Below are positions 12,525-21,959 of a stretch of 64,000 nt of DNA, piece by piece (position 1 is the first letter of the stretch; each line of letters begins with the position of its first letter). The position numbers and the translations under genes were made by a program. The stretch is from an uncultured virus (IMG/VR IMGVR_UViG_3300050343_000171) (Duplodnaviria; Heunggongvirae; Uroviricota; Caudoviricetes; Crassvirales): IMG/VR virus record IMGVR_UViG_3300050343_000171; one strand, given 5' to 3'. A model generated the notes under the pieces. The model was given only the letters and a program-made list of their open reading frames with translations, made no database searches and was not told where the DNA came from.

Positions 12525-14244
12525 TTAATCCCAAGGCATTGCCTCTTCTTCTAGCTCAGCTAGTTGATGAGGTATGAAACAACCTGATTTATGTTCCCAT
12601 TTAAAATGAGCTTCAGCTCCGTTTTCACCTAGGTTTTGAAACTTTACTTTAAGTACTTTTGCTTTAACTGTTTTAGCTTCATAATCTCTGTGGACCAGTA
12701 TACCATGATAACTTGCATCATACCATTCGCCACCGCCTTTAATGTTATACATAGTAGGTTCTTCAATTTTACCATCTTTATCTCTATACATTTTAGTTGG
12801 ATGTGCTACAATAAAAACTAAGACATCATATTTTTTACAAAACATTTCAATCTTAGTTAGATATTCCATTGTATATCTATTTACATCCTCGGTTTTACAA
12901 TCAACATCTCTAATCTTATTAAATGGATCTATGACAAGACATTTAATACCTTTACGTTTAACTAGCTCAGCACCCTTACGTAATACAGACTCAAGAGTAT
13001 AACGTTCCATATCAATATGAAAAAAGTTATCATTACAATGTTCTGCAATCTGATTCCATTTATCTGAATGTATATCATTTCTTGTTGGCATATCTTGCCA
13101 TATCTTACGCATAAGCTTATGAGCATGTAAATATGTAGGAGCATTTTCAGGACTAGCAAAAGCTGTTTTCCATTGATACTTTTGGTTGTAACCAACTACC
13201 ATCTGATCAACGAAATCTGACTTTCCGCTAGATGGTATGCCAGTAACAGTGATAAACTGCCCAGTATAAGTACTAAAAATATCATCAAAATTAGGTAAGC
13301 CAATTTGATACCCAGGCTTGAAACCATTTTTAACAAAGTCTGTAATTTCATCTTCAATATCTTTAAATGTTTTTACGTTTTCTAATGGAACAGGTCTTGC
13401 ATCATTAATCTTATTTTTTAATTGTTCCTTACCGTATTTTATTAAATATTCATTTGCATCCTTACAATCTTCAAAACTTGCCATAAAACAAACTTCAGCA
13501 CCAAGACGTCTAATAAGTTCTTGTTGTAAAGCTTGACCAGGTTCATCATTATCTACAGCTAGTATTACTTTTTCTTTATCTTCAAAGTAATCTATACAGT
13601 TATCTAAGTAATCTAAATTATTAGAGTTTAGAGTTGCACCGTTAGGTACTGATATTGCATTTGTTATTCCAGCTTCATGTAATGCTAATACATCCATTTC
13701 ACCTTCAGTTATAACACAGGTATCAAAACCTACAATACTATTTATATTATAAAATACTTTTTCAGCACCTTTATATAGTTTAAAATTTTTACGACCATCT
13801 CTGTATTTAACATTGATTAACTCATCGCCTATTATATAATTGAACTGAATTGTATTCTCGGACTTGCCGGTCTGTGGCATAAACTCAGGACCCTCTGTGA
13901 CCATAAGATCGTCGAGGTTTGCTGAGATATACCACTTGTTTCAAACCATTCAACTACCTTAGCTAGTTATTTGATTTTGGGTCTACAACGGTCTAACGAA
14001 TAGGACGTATATTTTCACTAGCACCTTTACGTTGATACGTATGTAATTGAAATGATGAATCACAATGATGGCAAGTACCCAAACCTCGTTCCCAATCATA
14101 ACTAGCACATTTAGCCTTTTGGTTTTTAGGCTTTCTATCATGTGAACACAGGGGACAAATCCCCTGCGTTTTTCCTACATCTAGTTTATGTTGGTTAAAC
14201 TGGTCGATTAAAAATCCATTAATCTCCGTGTTGTTTACTTGCAT
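12525..14244 (-). CDS. T7 gp4/Twinkle-like DNA primase-helicase (frameshifted)
   Basis: Zn finger CPLC...CHHC, TOPRIM ITEGEMD and AVDNDEPG, Walker A GIPSSGKS, LVIDP and VAHP. Confidence 0.92.
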
Positions 14245-14254
14245 GTATTACTAT

Positions 14255-14278
14255 TTAAAAGGGTAAATCATCTTCCAT
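14255..14278 (-). CDS. Candidate micro-ORF MEDDLPF (copy of the SSB acidic tail)
   Basis: ATG GAA GAT GAT TTA CCC TTT TAA, overlapping the SSB stop as TAATG. Confidence 0.45.
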   Translation of the reverse strand: MEDDLPF

Positions 14279-14585
14279 TAAAATGGAAGATCATCTTCAA
14301 TGCTGCAGCTGCTACAGGCGGTGCCGCTTGTTGCTGTGGGTTATCGAACTTTTTAACTTCTCCGTTGGTCCATACTAATTTTACATTACCTAAGTATGTC
14401 TTTGCTTGTTTCGCTTCACGTTCTTCTTTACTTTGCGATACAATGACTGGACCCTGATTACCGAACTGATCAAGCTCATCGTTAAGAGTAATACTGATAG
14501 GTAAGTATTTACCTTTCTTACCAACAATGATCTTGTCTTTAGGTATTTCATTTAGATTAATGCTTGCTGCTAATATTAATGCCAT
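14278..14585 (-). CDS. Single-stranded DNA-binding protein
   Basis: Q/A/P-rich linker. Correcting a 1-nt indel gives the C-terminus EDDLPF*, the typical SSB tail. Lies next to the primase, exonuclease and ERF genes. Confidence 0.75.
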
Positions 14586-14788
14586 TATGCTGTTGTATTA
14601 AATAGGTTTGTGAACATAGTTCTAAGATCTGCTGCGTTTACACCAGTTCTTCTTCTGAAATTATCTGCTTTCTTAGCATATGGGTGCAAACCATCTGCAG
14701 TTGTATTGTTCTTGTAAAATTCAGTTACAGGAAAATTCATTCCAGTCATTGCACATTGTTTTGTTGTTACTTTTCTTTTTCTTGCCAT
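14585..14788 (-). CDS. Small basic hypothetical protein
   Basis: 67-aa ORF, translationally coupled to SSB. Confidence 0.55.
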   Translation of the reverse strand: MARKRKVTTKQCAMTGMNFPVTEFYKNNTTADGLHPYAKKADNFRRRTGVNAADLRTMFTNLFNTTA

Positions 14789-14800
14789 AATAAAATAAAA

Positions 14801-15529
14801 TTAAAGGGTTTTACTAATAAAATATTGTTTCGGATCGAAACTGTCTGTCTTATAAAACAGATCGTAAGCCTCAACGGCTCTTTTAACCTTGTCCTGCCCA
14901 GTTTCATAAAACTGAGGTGAACAGTCATAAATACCTATTTGATGTGTCTTTTTGTCTATAACAATAAACATAAATTCATAACCAAATAAACTACTATAAA
15001 TAAAAGCTTGACTATCGTAATTGTATTTAGAAGCTGAGTACTTAAATTTAGTAAGATCTGCTGTAGTCTTCAAATCAATGATTAACTTTTCATCGTGATT
15101 AACTATATCAGCTTTACCTTTCCACATTTGTCCTTCAAGTTCTACAATACCAGGTTGTTCATATTCAACATTACCTGTTATTAAACTTTTACATACGTCA
15201 TTACTCATGATTTTTTCTCTCATTAATTCTATAGAGTCAACCTCATGTTGTAGTAGACATAACTCTCCTCCAGCTATATCTTTATAAGCTTTAGTATTTC
15301 TAGTAGACGATTTCACAACTTTATACTTATCAAGCTTATTAGGCTCTAGTATAGCTGTGTGAAAATAACCACCGACTAAAAATGCAGCCGATGGTGGTGA
15401 CTGTTGTCCAAGTGCTAAAGGGTTGTTTAACAAAGCTGATATATCTGAGTTACTAAGGTATTGTTTACCAAAGTCTCCGTAGTAATGCTCATCAATTTTA
15501 AGCTTATCTAACACCTCTTGTTTAGTCAT
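14801..15529 (-). CDS. RecE/Exonuclease VIII-like PD-(D/E)xK exonuclease (DUF3799-like)
   Basis: LSNSDI, G.YFHTAILEP, KGKADIV, IIDLKTT and YNYDSQA motifs. Confidence 0.82.
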   Translation of the reverse strand: MTKQEVLDKLKIDEHYYGDFGKQYLSNSDISALLNNPLALGQQSPPSAAFLVGGYFHTAILEPNKLDKYKVVKSSTRNTKAYKDIAGGELCLLQHEVDSIELMREKIMSNDVCKSLITGNVEYEQPGIVELEGQMWKGKADIVNHDEKLIIDLKTTADLTKFKYSASKYNYDSQAFIYSSLFGYEFMFIVIDKKTHQIGIYDCSPQFYETGQDKVKRAVEAYDLFYKTDSFDPKQYFISKTL

Positions 15530-15530
15530 A

Positions 15531-16037
15531 CTATAATGTTATTTGTTTTTCAATTTCAGGAGTTACATTATATTTCTTTTTGATAGCATCGAGCTTTCCA
15601 CCGGCTTGTACAAAGTCTTTAGCTTTTTGTATAGCTGCTTTGTTCATTGGTAAACCATTGGTTGCATCAGCATCTTTGGTATCATCAATTAGGAATAAGT
15701 TACCTAATGCGTATTTCTTCCCATAACTTGAAGCAGTACCGAACTGTTGTGGTGTCTGCATACCTTTTTGATTAAGATCAACACCAACTAATGCTGTAGC
15801 AGGTATTGTATTTTCTCCATCAGATATAGTAGCACAACTTTCAATAATAGGCACAGGACTAGTCTCAACTAAGTTTTCATTAATTGTTACTGTTACTCCT
15901 AATTCTAATAAATAGGGTTTTGTTGCTTCAAGGATGTCTTCGGCTGAGCGGAAGTAATATTTGCCGAATGAGTTAAATCTACTTTTCTTCGATTTAAATT
16001 TGGTCTGGATTGTGGCCAGCTTTTGGTTTAAGGTCAT
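15531..16037 (-). CDS. ERF-family single-strand annealing protein
   Basis: FNSFGKYYFRSAEDILEA and QQFGTASSYGKKYALGNLFLIDD. Confidence 0.88.
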   Translation of the reverse strand: MTLNQKLATIQTKFKSKKSRFNSFGKYYFRSAEDILEATKPYLLELGVTVTINENLVETSPVPIIESCATISDGENTIPATALVGVDLNQKGMQTPQQFGTASSYGKKYALGNLFLIDDTKDADATNGLPMNKAAIQKAKDFVQAGGKLDAIKKKYNVTPEIEKQITL

Positions 16038-16043
16038 AGTTAT

Positions 16044-16071
16044 ATAATTACATGTTAAAATTAAGTTTTAC
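16044..16071 (-). promoter_or_regulatory. Putative class II promoter (GTAA-N16-GTRAT) upstream of the ERF operon
   Basis: GTAAAACTTAATTTTAACATGTAATTAT, with the same spacing as copies at 24820, 36693 and 60672. Confidence 0.5.
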
Positions 16072-16080
16072 AAGAGTAAA

Positions 16081-16846
16081 CTACAGATAATCAAGCACTT
16101 GCGAGTGATCTACATTATCAATTATTTATCTACAGCTTGTTTTTTAAGCTCTGAAACACGTACATAAGCACTGCTTCCTTCTATGTTTAATATCTCTGCT
16201 ATTTTATTAGCTGAATGCTTTTCACAGTCTAATCCATAGCTTAATCTTAATACCTCATATTCTTTTTCATTTAAATGAGTTTTTAATAAACCAGTTAAAT
16301 AAACGTTTAATAAACCTATATTATATGGCTCTGATTTATCAGCAATTTGATAGATCATAGACTCTTCATCATCAGTATTTTTAGGTTTATCATCAATAGA
16401 TAAAAACATACTATTAAAAAACATAGCAACCATCTTTTGATCTTTACCGTTGTTTTTACGTATTTCATTAAGTTTATGCTCAGGTATTCTTATATCACCT
16501 CTGTTTATATCAACAGCACGTCTTATACCACCTTTAATACGTTTAGATAAAAAAGATTTTAATGTTTTTTCTTGATCTGTCTGATTCACTTAATCTACCC
16601 AGTCTATTTTTCTAATAGCTTTAGTTAAACTTAAATTACCTTCTTGTATAAGATCATTGATACTCATAACACCTGATGCTTGTTGTGTTGTAGAGAATTT
16701 ACGAGCTATGTTTTCTACTAATAGCATAAATTTCCATTGCAATTGTTCTGACTTAAATATTGAACATCAATATCTTCTATTAGTTTTAGTTTAATTATTA
16801 AATCGTTTTTATAACGAATATAATTAGGTATATTATATTTTTTCAT
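16081..16846 (-). CDS. Phage sigma-70-family factor (frameshifted)
   Basis: Hand translation gives region 2 LVENIARKF...SINDLIQEGNLSL.KA. Region 4 is LNEKEYEVLRLSYGL...IAEIL...RVSELKKQA. Confidence 0.85.
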
Positions 16847-17474
16847 TTGATTGATTTAAAAGTTCTTTTTCTTTTTTAAGTTCATAACTCATGTTTCTAT
16901 GTATAGTTCTAGCAGAACAATTTAATAAACCTGCAAGTCTGTTTATAGTTATTCTTTTACCCATGTCATTTATATCTAACATGCATTGGTAAATATCATC
17001 TTCGTGTATTCTTTTTGATCTACCTATTAATTGACCTACGATCGTTAGTTTTTGTGACAGATCTAAAGGGCAATTGTCATTAAATATAACTTTTCTTAGT
17101 TTATTTTTAGGTGGTTCTTCAAGATCACACATGCTCACATCATATATTATTCTTTTAAGTAATTCTGGAGGTATATCAAACGCAATAAATCCATACTTAT
17201 AATTAGCTATAGTTTCAGATAGCTTTGTAAACTCATTCATGTCTAGTTGTGGGTTTAAATACCACAAGACTAACAGATGCCATTTTAATGATTTGTATGT
17301 AGTAATTTTAGCTTTACTACGAAACAGATCATAACATTCATAAGTACCTTCTTCATAAAATTTACCGTACTCAAACTCTAATGTAGGTTTATCTGTTATT
17401 GGATTACGTCTGTATACAATCCGCCTCTTGTTTAAATAATATAAGTGACGCGGTATTGATACGTAATGTGACAT
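16833..17474 (-). CDS. Protein with a C-terminal helix-turn-helix (regulator or replication initiator)
   Basis: ITINRLAGLLNCSARTIHRNM. Confidence 0.65.
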   Translation of the reverse strand: MSHYVSIPRHLYYLNKRRIVYRRNPITDKPTLEFEYGKFYEEGTYECYDLFRSKAKITTYKSLKWHLLVLWYLNPQLDMNEFTKLSETIANYKYGFIAFDIPPELLKRIIYDVSMCDLEEPPKNKLRKVIFNDNCPLDLSQKLTIVGQLIGRSKRIHEDDIYQCMLDINDMGKRITINRLAGLLNCSARTIHRNMSYELKKEKELLNQSNEKI

Positions 17475-17511
17475 TAGCCTCTTACTCTCTTATTCTTAGA
17501 CCTATTGTCAC
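17468..17511. promoter_or_regulatory. Inverted-repeat site A, overlapping the HTH gene start
   Basis: GTGACATTAGCCT-cttactctcttattctt-AGACCTATTGTCAC; homologous to 24746-24790. Confidence 0.6.
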
Positions 17512-17585
17512 GTTTAGGTTTTTGAAATGATTTAACTTTATCTGCAATTTTAAAAACATTAGTTGACATTAAATGTTTTATTTGT

Positions 17586-17934
17586 TTAGTTGTACTCATA
17601 TAATTTAATTTTAACATTAGTCCATTTACCTCCCTTCATTGTCTCGTCGACCAGGAAGTCTATTCTATTAGTCCATCTTTTATTCATTCTATCTCTTATG
17701 ACCCAAAGGCCATTCATATTACCTGCATTGCTAACAACAACTAACTTATTCATTTTAAAGCCTTTAGCTTCAAGATCCCGAGACACAGCAATTATTCTGT
17801 GTACTCAGGGTTGTTCATATTGATTTTAAAATTTGTAGCTGTTCTATCAGGCGTACTGTCTGTCTGAGATGGTGTTGCGTGATATATCGTCAAGCGGTCA
17901 CAGTCAAAAGGGTACTTAGTATAAGGTTTTTCAT
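17586..17934 (-). CDS. 3D-domain / double-psi-barrel cell-wall-associated protein (frameshifted)
   Basis: MKNLILSTLLTVT signal-like start, TIYHATPSQTDSTP, IAVSRDL and DRMNKRWTNRIDF. Confidence 0.65.
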
Positions 17935-18384
17935 TTTTATTAATTATAGTTTTCTTATCATTAATATAGTAATTCCAATAAGCTTTAACAGAATTACCTT
18001 CAACTTTATATTCATCGGGCATACATTGTGGAGGTTGTGTAAAACCGGTATGTAATATACCACCTGGATATTTAGCTAATTTTTTAGCACATTTAGTAAT
18101 ACTTAAATGTTTTTACCATAACGCTTAGTATACTCATCGCCAAGTGCAATCATGTAATGGTATAGCCAATAATAGTTTTGACCAGACTGTCTAGCCCATA
18201 TGGTAGACGGATGATTTACATGTGCTTTCTTGTAAGGTATATCCTCACATTCATAATCGAGGTTATACATGCGATGAGCGGTACATAGCATTTGTGCTGC
18301 TTCGAGTATCATCTTAACTTTATGTTTGTCATAATGATAAGCGGCAGCTTCATAAGGATCAGGGTGTAAATAAAATATATTCAT
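17900..18384 (-). CDS. Pyrimidine-dimer DNA glycosylase-like protein (frameshifted; 3' end approximate)
   Basis: MNIFYL...DKHKVKMILEAAQMLCTAH...HVNHPSTIWAR...EYTKRYGK...PPQCMPDEYK. Confidence 0.72.
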
Positions 18385-18474
18385 GTCTTATTTACTCTGT
18401 TATAATGTTGATCAAGTAGCATGTTGGCAACTTCCATGCTGATCATATTGTCGTTATATAATTGCCATACTAAC

Positions 18475-19330
18475 TTACTCATAGTTACGAATAGTTTTAA
18501 ACAATGGATGTCTGTAACTACCGTATTGAGTACGTTCGAAATATGTAAACGTAGCTGTTTGGCCTATGTAGTCATGAATATTTTTAAGCATATTAGCTAG
18601 ATCTTTGTAGTTGTAGCCTTTACCTGGAGGACAACCAAACTCTGTTACCATCATCATCTTGCATTAAGAACTTGCCAAGAGTACCTTCACGTTTGCCTTT
18701 ACCTTCTTCATAGCCTACAATTGTAGCTTCGGTGTCATTAAAGTCTTTAAACTTTTGTAAGTTGTAAGATCGTTTTTGCTGATAAGGTTTGTCTAGACTT
18801 AATATAGAGCCTTCGTAACCGTTATTTAGATTATACTGATGTCTTAATGTTTGCAGCGTCTTTAGAATTAACTAGAGTAGTTTCTACATATTTAACACAG
18901 TAGGAATACATATCAGAACAAGCTAGTTGATTCATTCTGTAACCATAAGGCATCCATACTGTTTCTATATAGTCATAACAATGAAACTGTACTAATTCTT
19001 TCAGCTTCAGCTTTATCAGCATCAGTTGGTTTTTGTTTTCTGACTAATGATATAATCTTTTCAAAAGTCATCTTTAAGATCATGGTTGTACAATTCACCG
19101 TCGAGTACAACATCTACATTAGCATAGTCAAAGAAAAATTTGTTTAACGATAGTTTAATGTGTTCAAGATTGTGAAATTCTTTACCTGTACGTGAGAAAC
19201 ATCTGATGTTTTCTTTGTCGTCGACGTATATAACACACCTTACGCCGTCAAGCTTAGGTTGAATGTATACTTTCTCGGACCAGTCGACAGGTTTTTTGTC
19301 TACTTTGTATGCGAGCATTGGTTTAATCAT
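18475..19330 (-). CDS. ATP-dependent DNA ligase (frameshifted)
   Basis: PMLA, QPKLDGVRC, LDGELY, GYEGSILR, KRSYNLQKFK and YRHP. Confidence 0.9.
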
Positions 19331-19782
19331 AATTTATCTATTTTATTTTGAATGTTAGTTAATTTTATTTTTCATTATCTCAGCTTTTTCATACTCTTCA
19401 TCATCAATAAATTTATTTTGAAGTGTACATAATCTGCCGAGTTCGTCTTGTAATATTTCACGTTCAGAAAGCTTACCTTCATATATAGGTTCGTCTTCTA
19501 CGTATTTAATACCATAAGATGCTGTTTCAGGGTTAATAAACTCCTGATATAGATCGAATTTAATTCTATCTAATAGTTCTTCGATATTGTTCGTCTGTCA
19601 TTAGTATAATCCTAGTTTAGAAGGATTATTTAAAAAGTATTTTATGTCAGATTGTTGTTAGCTTCTAAAGCTTCAATTCTTTCTAACATTTGTTTTAAGA
19701 GTGTGTAACTCGTCCATCTTCGTGAGATTTTATACCTCCGTAGATGTTTTACGCTATGATCCATAATTAGATCTTCTTTAAA

Positions 19783-19821
19783 CATATTATATTATCCATA
19801 TTTTATCGTATTTAGTTTGTA
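19783..19821 (-). promoter_or_regulatory. Class I repeated promoter-like motif
   Basis: TACAAACTAAATACGA-N8-GGATAAT followed shortly by ATG. Confidence 0.75.
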
Positions 19822-20306
19822 ATTTTAGTTCTATTTATTGAATTAGTTTCTACTAAAAACTTTTCAGTCCAGTCTGTATAACCCATGTTTCTTTGTTTAT
19901 ACCTGTGTATAAGTTTATCAGGTGTGCCAACAAATTCACATACATTATTGTACTGATTATAAGCACTTAACCACACGTCAGGTTTACCTACCCATATAAT
20001 CCATGTATATTCATGATCTACAGAGTCAACATTAGGATATAAGTATTGACTATTGTAATGAAAGTCATGTACTAAATGTGATGCTATTCTTGATCCATCA
20101 CCAAAGTTGTTAAAACCTTTGTATTCTTGCATGTGATTAATCCAGTTAGCAAGCTCTATACCTCTCCACTCAGGATAACCATCGTGGTGCAGATACATGT
20201 GAACATTAGCTTTATCACTAACCAATTGAGGTTTAAGTGCAAAACCAGCTTCATGTTCTTCTGCGTGTGATCTATCGACCACCATTGTTACGCTTCTAGT
20301 ACTCAT
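19812..20306 (-). CDS. Hypothetical phage protein
   Basis: 164 aa; MSTRS...Y.HHDGYPE..G pattern seen in phage early proteins. Confidence 0.7.
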   Translation of the reverse strand: MSTRSVTMVVDRSHAEEHEAGFALKPQLVSDKANVHMYLHHDGYPEWRGIELANWINHMQEYKGFNNFGDGSRIASHLVHDFHYNSQYLYPNVDSVDHEYTWIIWVGKPDVWLSAYNQYNNVCEFVGTPDKLIHRYKQRNMGYTDWTEKFLVETNSINRTKITN

Positions 20307-20495
20307 TATACTAATTCTTCTACTATGCTGACTACTTCAGCAATTATTAATATTGTACGCCTAATGGTATAGATGACATTAGCAGTATAAAACCGCATAC
20401 TCTAAGCACAGATTTAACTACGCTTGCTGCAAAATGAGGAGTAAATTTACATCTCATTTGATCATTTATTCATATTTATTATTATTTAATGTTAG

Positions 20496-20568
20496 TTGAC
20501 TCGCTAGGGCTCGAACCTAGACTCTTCTGGACCAAAACCAGACGTGTTGCCAGTTACACCACGAGTCA
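20496..20568 (-). tRNA. tRNA-Gln(UUG); CCA not encoded
   Basis: Cloverleaf with TGACTCG/CGAGTCA acceptor, TCTGG-TTTTGGT-CCAGA anticodon arm and GGTTCGAG T loop. Confidence 0.93.
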
Positions 20569-20825
20569 TTATTTTAATCTAATAGCACCATGTAAGCTTT
20601 AGCGTTGGTTTTTCTAAACCAGTCTAAACCTTTTTCAAAGTCTTTTATTAGTTTTTAGCTAATAGGTATATTAGGATGTTTTTCTTGACATGTACAGCAA
20701 ATGTCATTTGTGCACCCATTATAAAGTCATACATACTTAGTTCTAAGTTTGTTAGCTTGTATGTCTTCGCCTGAAAAAGGATTTGTTACTGTATCGCCTT
20801 TGTCGTAGGTGTTCCATTGAACCAT

Positions 20826-21080
20826 TTAGGTAATTGTGTTTTGTTTTTCATAATCTAAGTAATCTATTTTTTCGTGATCTTTTTCTATTAATGAAGCTAT
20901 GTAATCCCACACGTCTCGTTGTCTTTTAGTGTGATCTAACACGCCTTGAAGTTGTTCTATAGTAATAAAAGGAGTTTGATTATCTTTTATTTCTTGCTTT
21001 AACCTGCTAATGTCATTGTCTAGTGAATATATAGTAGCAAAAGCTTTGTCATGTGCTCTGTTTTGTATATCTTTTTCCAT
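20826..21080 (-). CDS. Hypothetical protein
   Basis: 84-aa ORF. Confidence 0.6.
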   Translation of the reverse strand: MEKDIQNRAHDKAFATIYSLDNDISRLKQEIKDNQTPFITIEQLQGVLDHTKRQRDVWDYIASLIEKDHEKIDYLDYEKQNTIT

Positions 21081-21081
21081 A

Positions 21082-21315
21082 TTATTTGTTAATTATAGAG
21101 TTACCATACATTATATCTTGAGCAGATAAATTGTAAGTTTTTATGTCACAGTATACTGATATATCAGATATTTGACTTACAGTTAAGTCATACCATGATG
21201 TTTCAGACATAAGTGCATACTTAAGTCTTTTAGCGCTAGAATATTTTCTAGCATTTTCTTGTAGTGACAACTTAAAACCTGGTTTTAGTCTGTCATAAAT
21301 TGTTTTTAATTTCAT
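21082..21315 (-). CDS. Hypothetical protein
   Basis: 77-aa ORF starting directly after a class I motif. Confidence 0.65.
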   Translation of the reverse strand: MKLKTIYDRLKPGFKLSLQENARKYSSAKRLKYALMSETSWYDLTVSQISDISVYCDIKTYNLSAQDIMYGNSIINK

Positions 21316-21352
21316 ATTTATATTATCCGTTTTAATTTGTATTTAGTTTGTA
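21313..21352 (-). promoter_or_regulatory. Class I repeated promoter-like motif
   Basis: TACAAACTAAATACAAATTAAAACGGATAATATAAATATG. Confidence 0.75.
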
Positions 21353-21574
21353 ACAAATCTTTCTCTTATCTACTATCGATTATTTCACCGATGTCGATCT
21401 TGCATAGCTACTACATCCATAGCTAAGTAGTTGTAGTTCAGCTAATCCATCAACTTCATAGGTACTCATGTAATCATTGAAGTCATTATCTTGTATAGCG
21501 TTTACACAGTCTCTCTAACGCTCTTGCAGTATTCTCAAACCTGCAGTAACTCATGTTTGGCCATTTAATGTTAG

Positions 21575-21640
21575 TTGCGGCGGAAGGATTCGAACCCCCG
21601 ACCTTCGGGTTATGAGCCCGACGAACTGCTCTACGCCGCA
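21575..21640 (-). tRNA. tRNA-Met(CAU), initiator-like; D arm appears about 7 nt short
   Basis: TGCGGCG/CGCCGCA acceptor, TCGGG-CTCATAA-CCCGA with three G-C pairs, GGTTCGAATCC. Confidence 0.85.
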
Positions 21641-21645
21641 TTTAG

Positions 21646-21725
21646 TGGAAGTGGGCGGAGTCGAACCGCCGTTATACTTAACACCATGCTATTTATGGGT
21701 ATTCAAGTCTTACCTTATCACTCCC
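21646..21725 (-). ncRNA. tRNA-like RNA resembling an isolated tmRNA tRNA-like domain
   Basis: GGGAGTG/CACTTCC-A acceptor with G3:U70, unpaired D region ATAAGGTAAGAC, irregular long stem, T arm GGCGG-TTCGACT-CCGCC. Confidence 0.65.
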
Positions 21726-21728
21726 ATT

Positions 21729-21870
21729 TCGAGGCACCAGTTGTGGACAGGTAGTTAACTAGTATTGTCATTTATCCACACTTTCTGTTTCGTACTGGCA
21801 CAGTCGTATCCATCCGTTTGGTTCATAACTGTCCGATCTACCTAACGTGACCTGTATGCCGCCGCCTCGA
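21729..21870 (-). ncRNA. Candidate multi-branch structured RNA
   Basis: Closing stem TCGAGGC/GCCTCGA with internal GGCATA/TGTGCC and TGTGGATA/TGTCCACA stems; GC-rich; no ORF called. Confidence 0.5.
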
Positions 21871-21872
21871 TT

Positions 21873-21959
21873 GTAACAAGCATTGGAGGATCTTCGTTAG
21901 TTAACAACACATCCATCCTATTTGTACTGTTGCATACTAAGCCCTTTACCGCTTGCTAC
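21873..21959 (-). ncRNA. Candidate rod-like hairpin RNA
   Basis: GTAGCAAGCG/TGCTTGTTAC closing stem with nested TTAGT/ACTAA and GCAACA/TGTTGT. Confidence 0.45.

Noticed and set aside
6632..14244. Introns or inteins in RNR or the helicase
   Set aside because: Reconstructed gene lengths are compact, and no splicing or homing-endonuclease insertions are evident.
17792..18022. Glycosylase / 3D-domain fusion ORF
   Set aside because: An overlapping ATG at 17934 with a signal-like peptide explains it as two genes merged by an indel.
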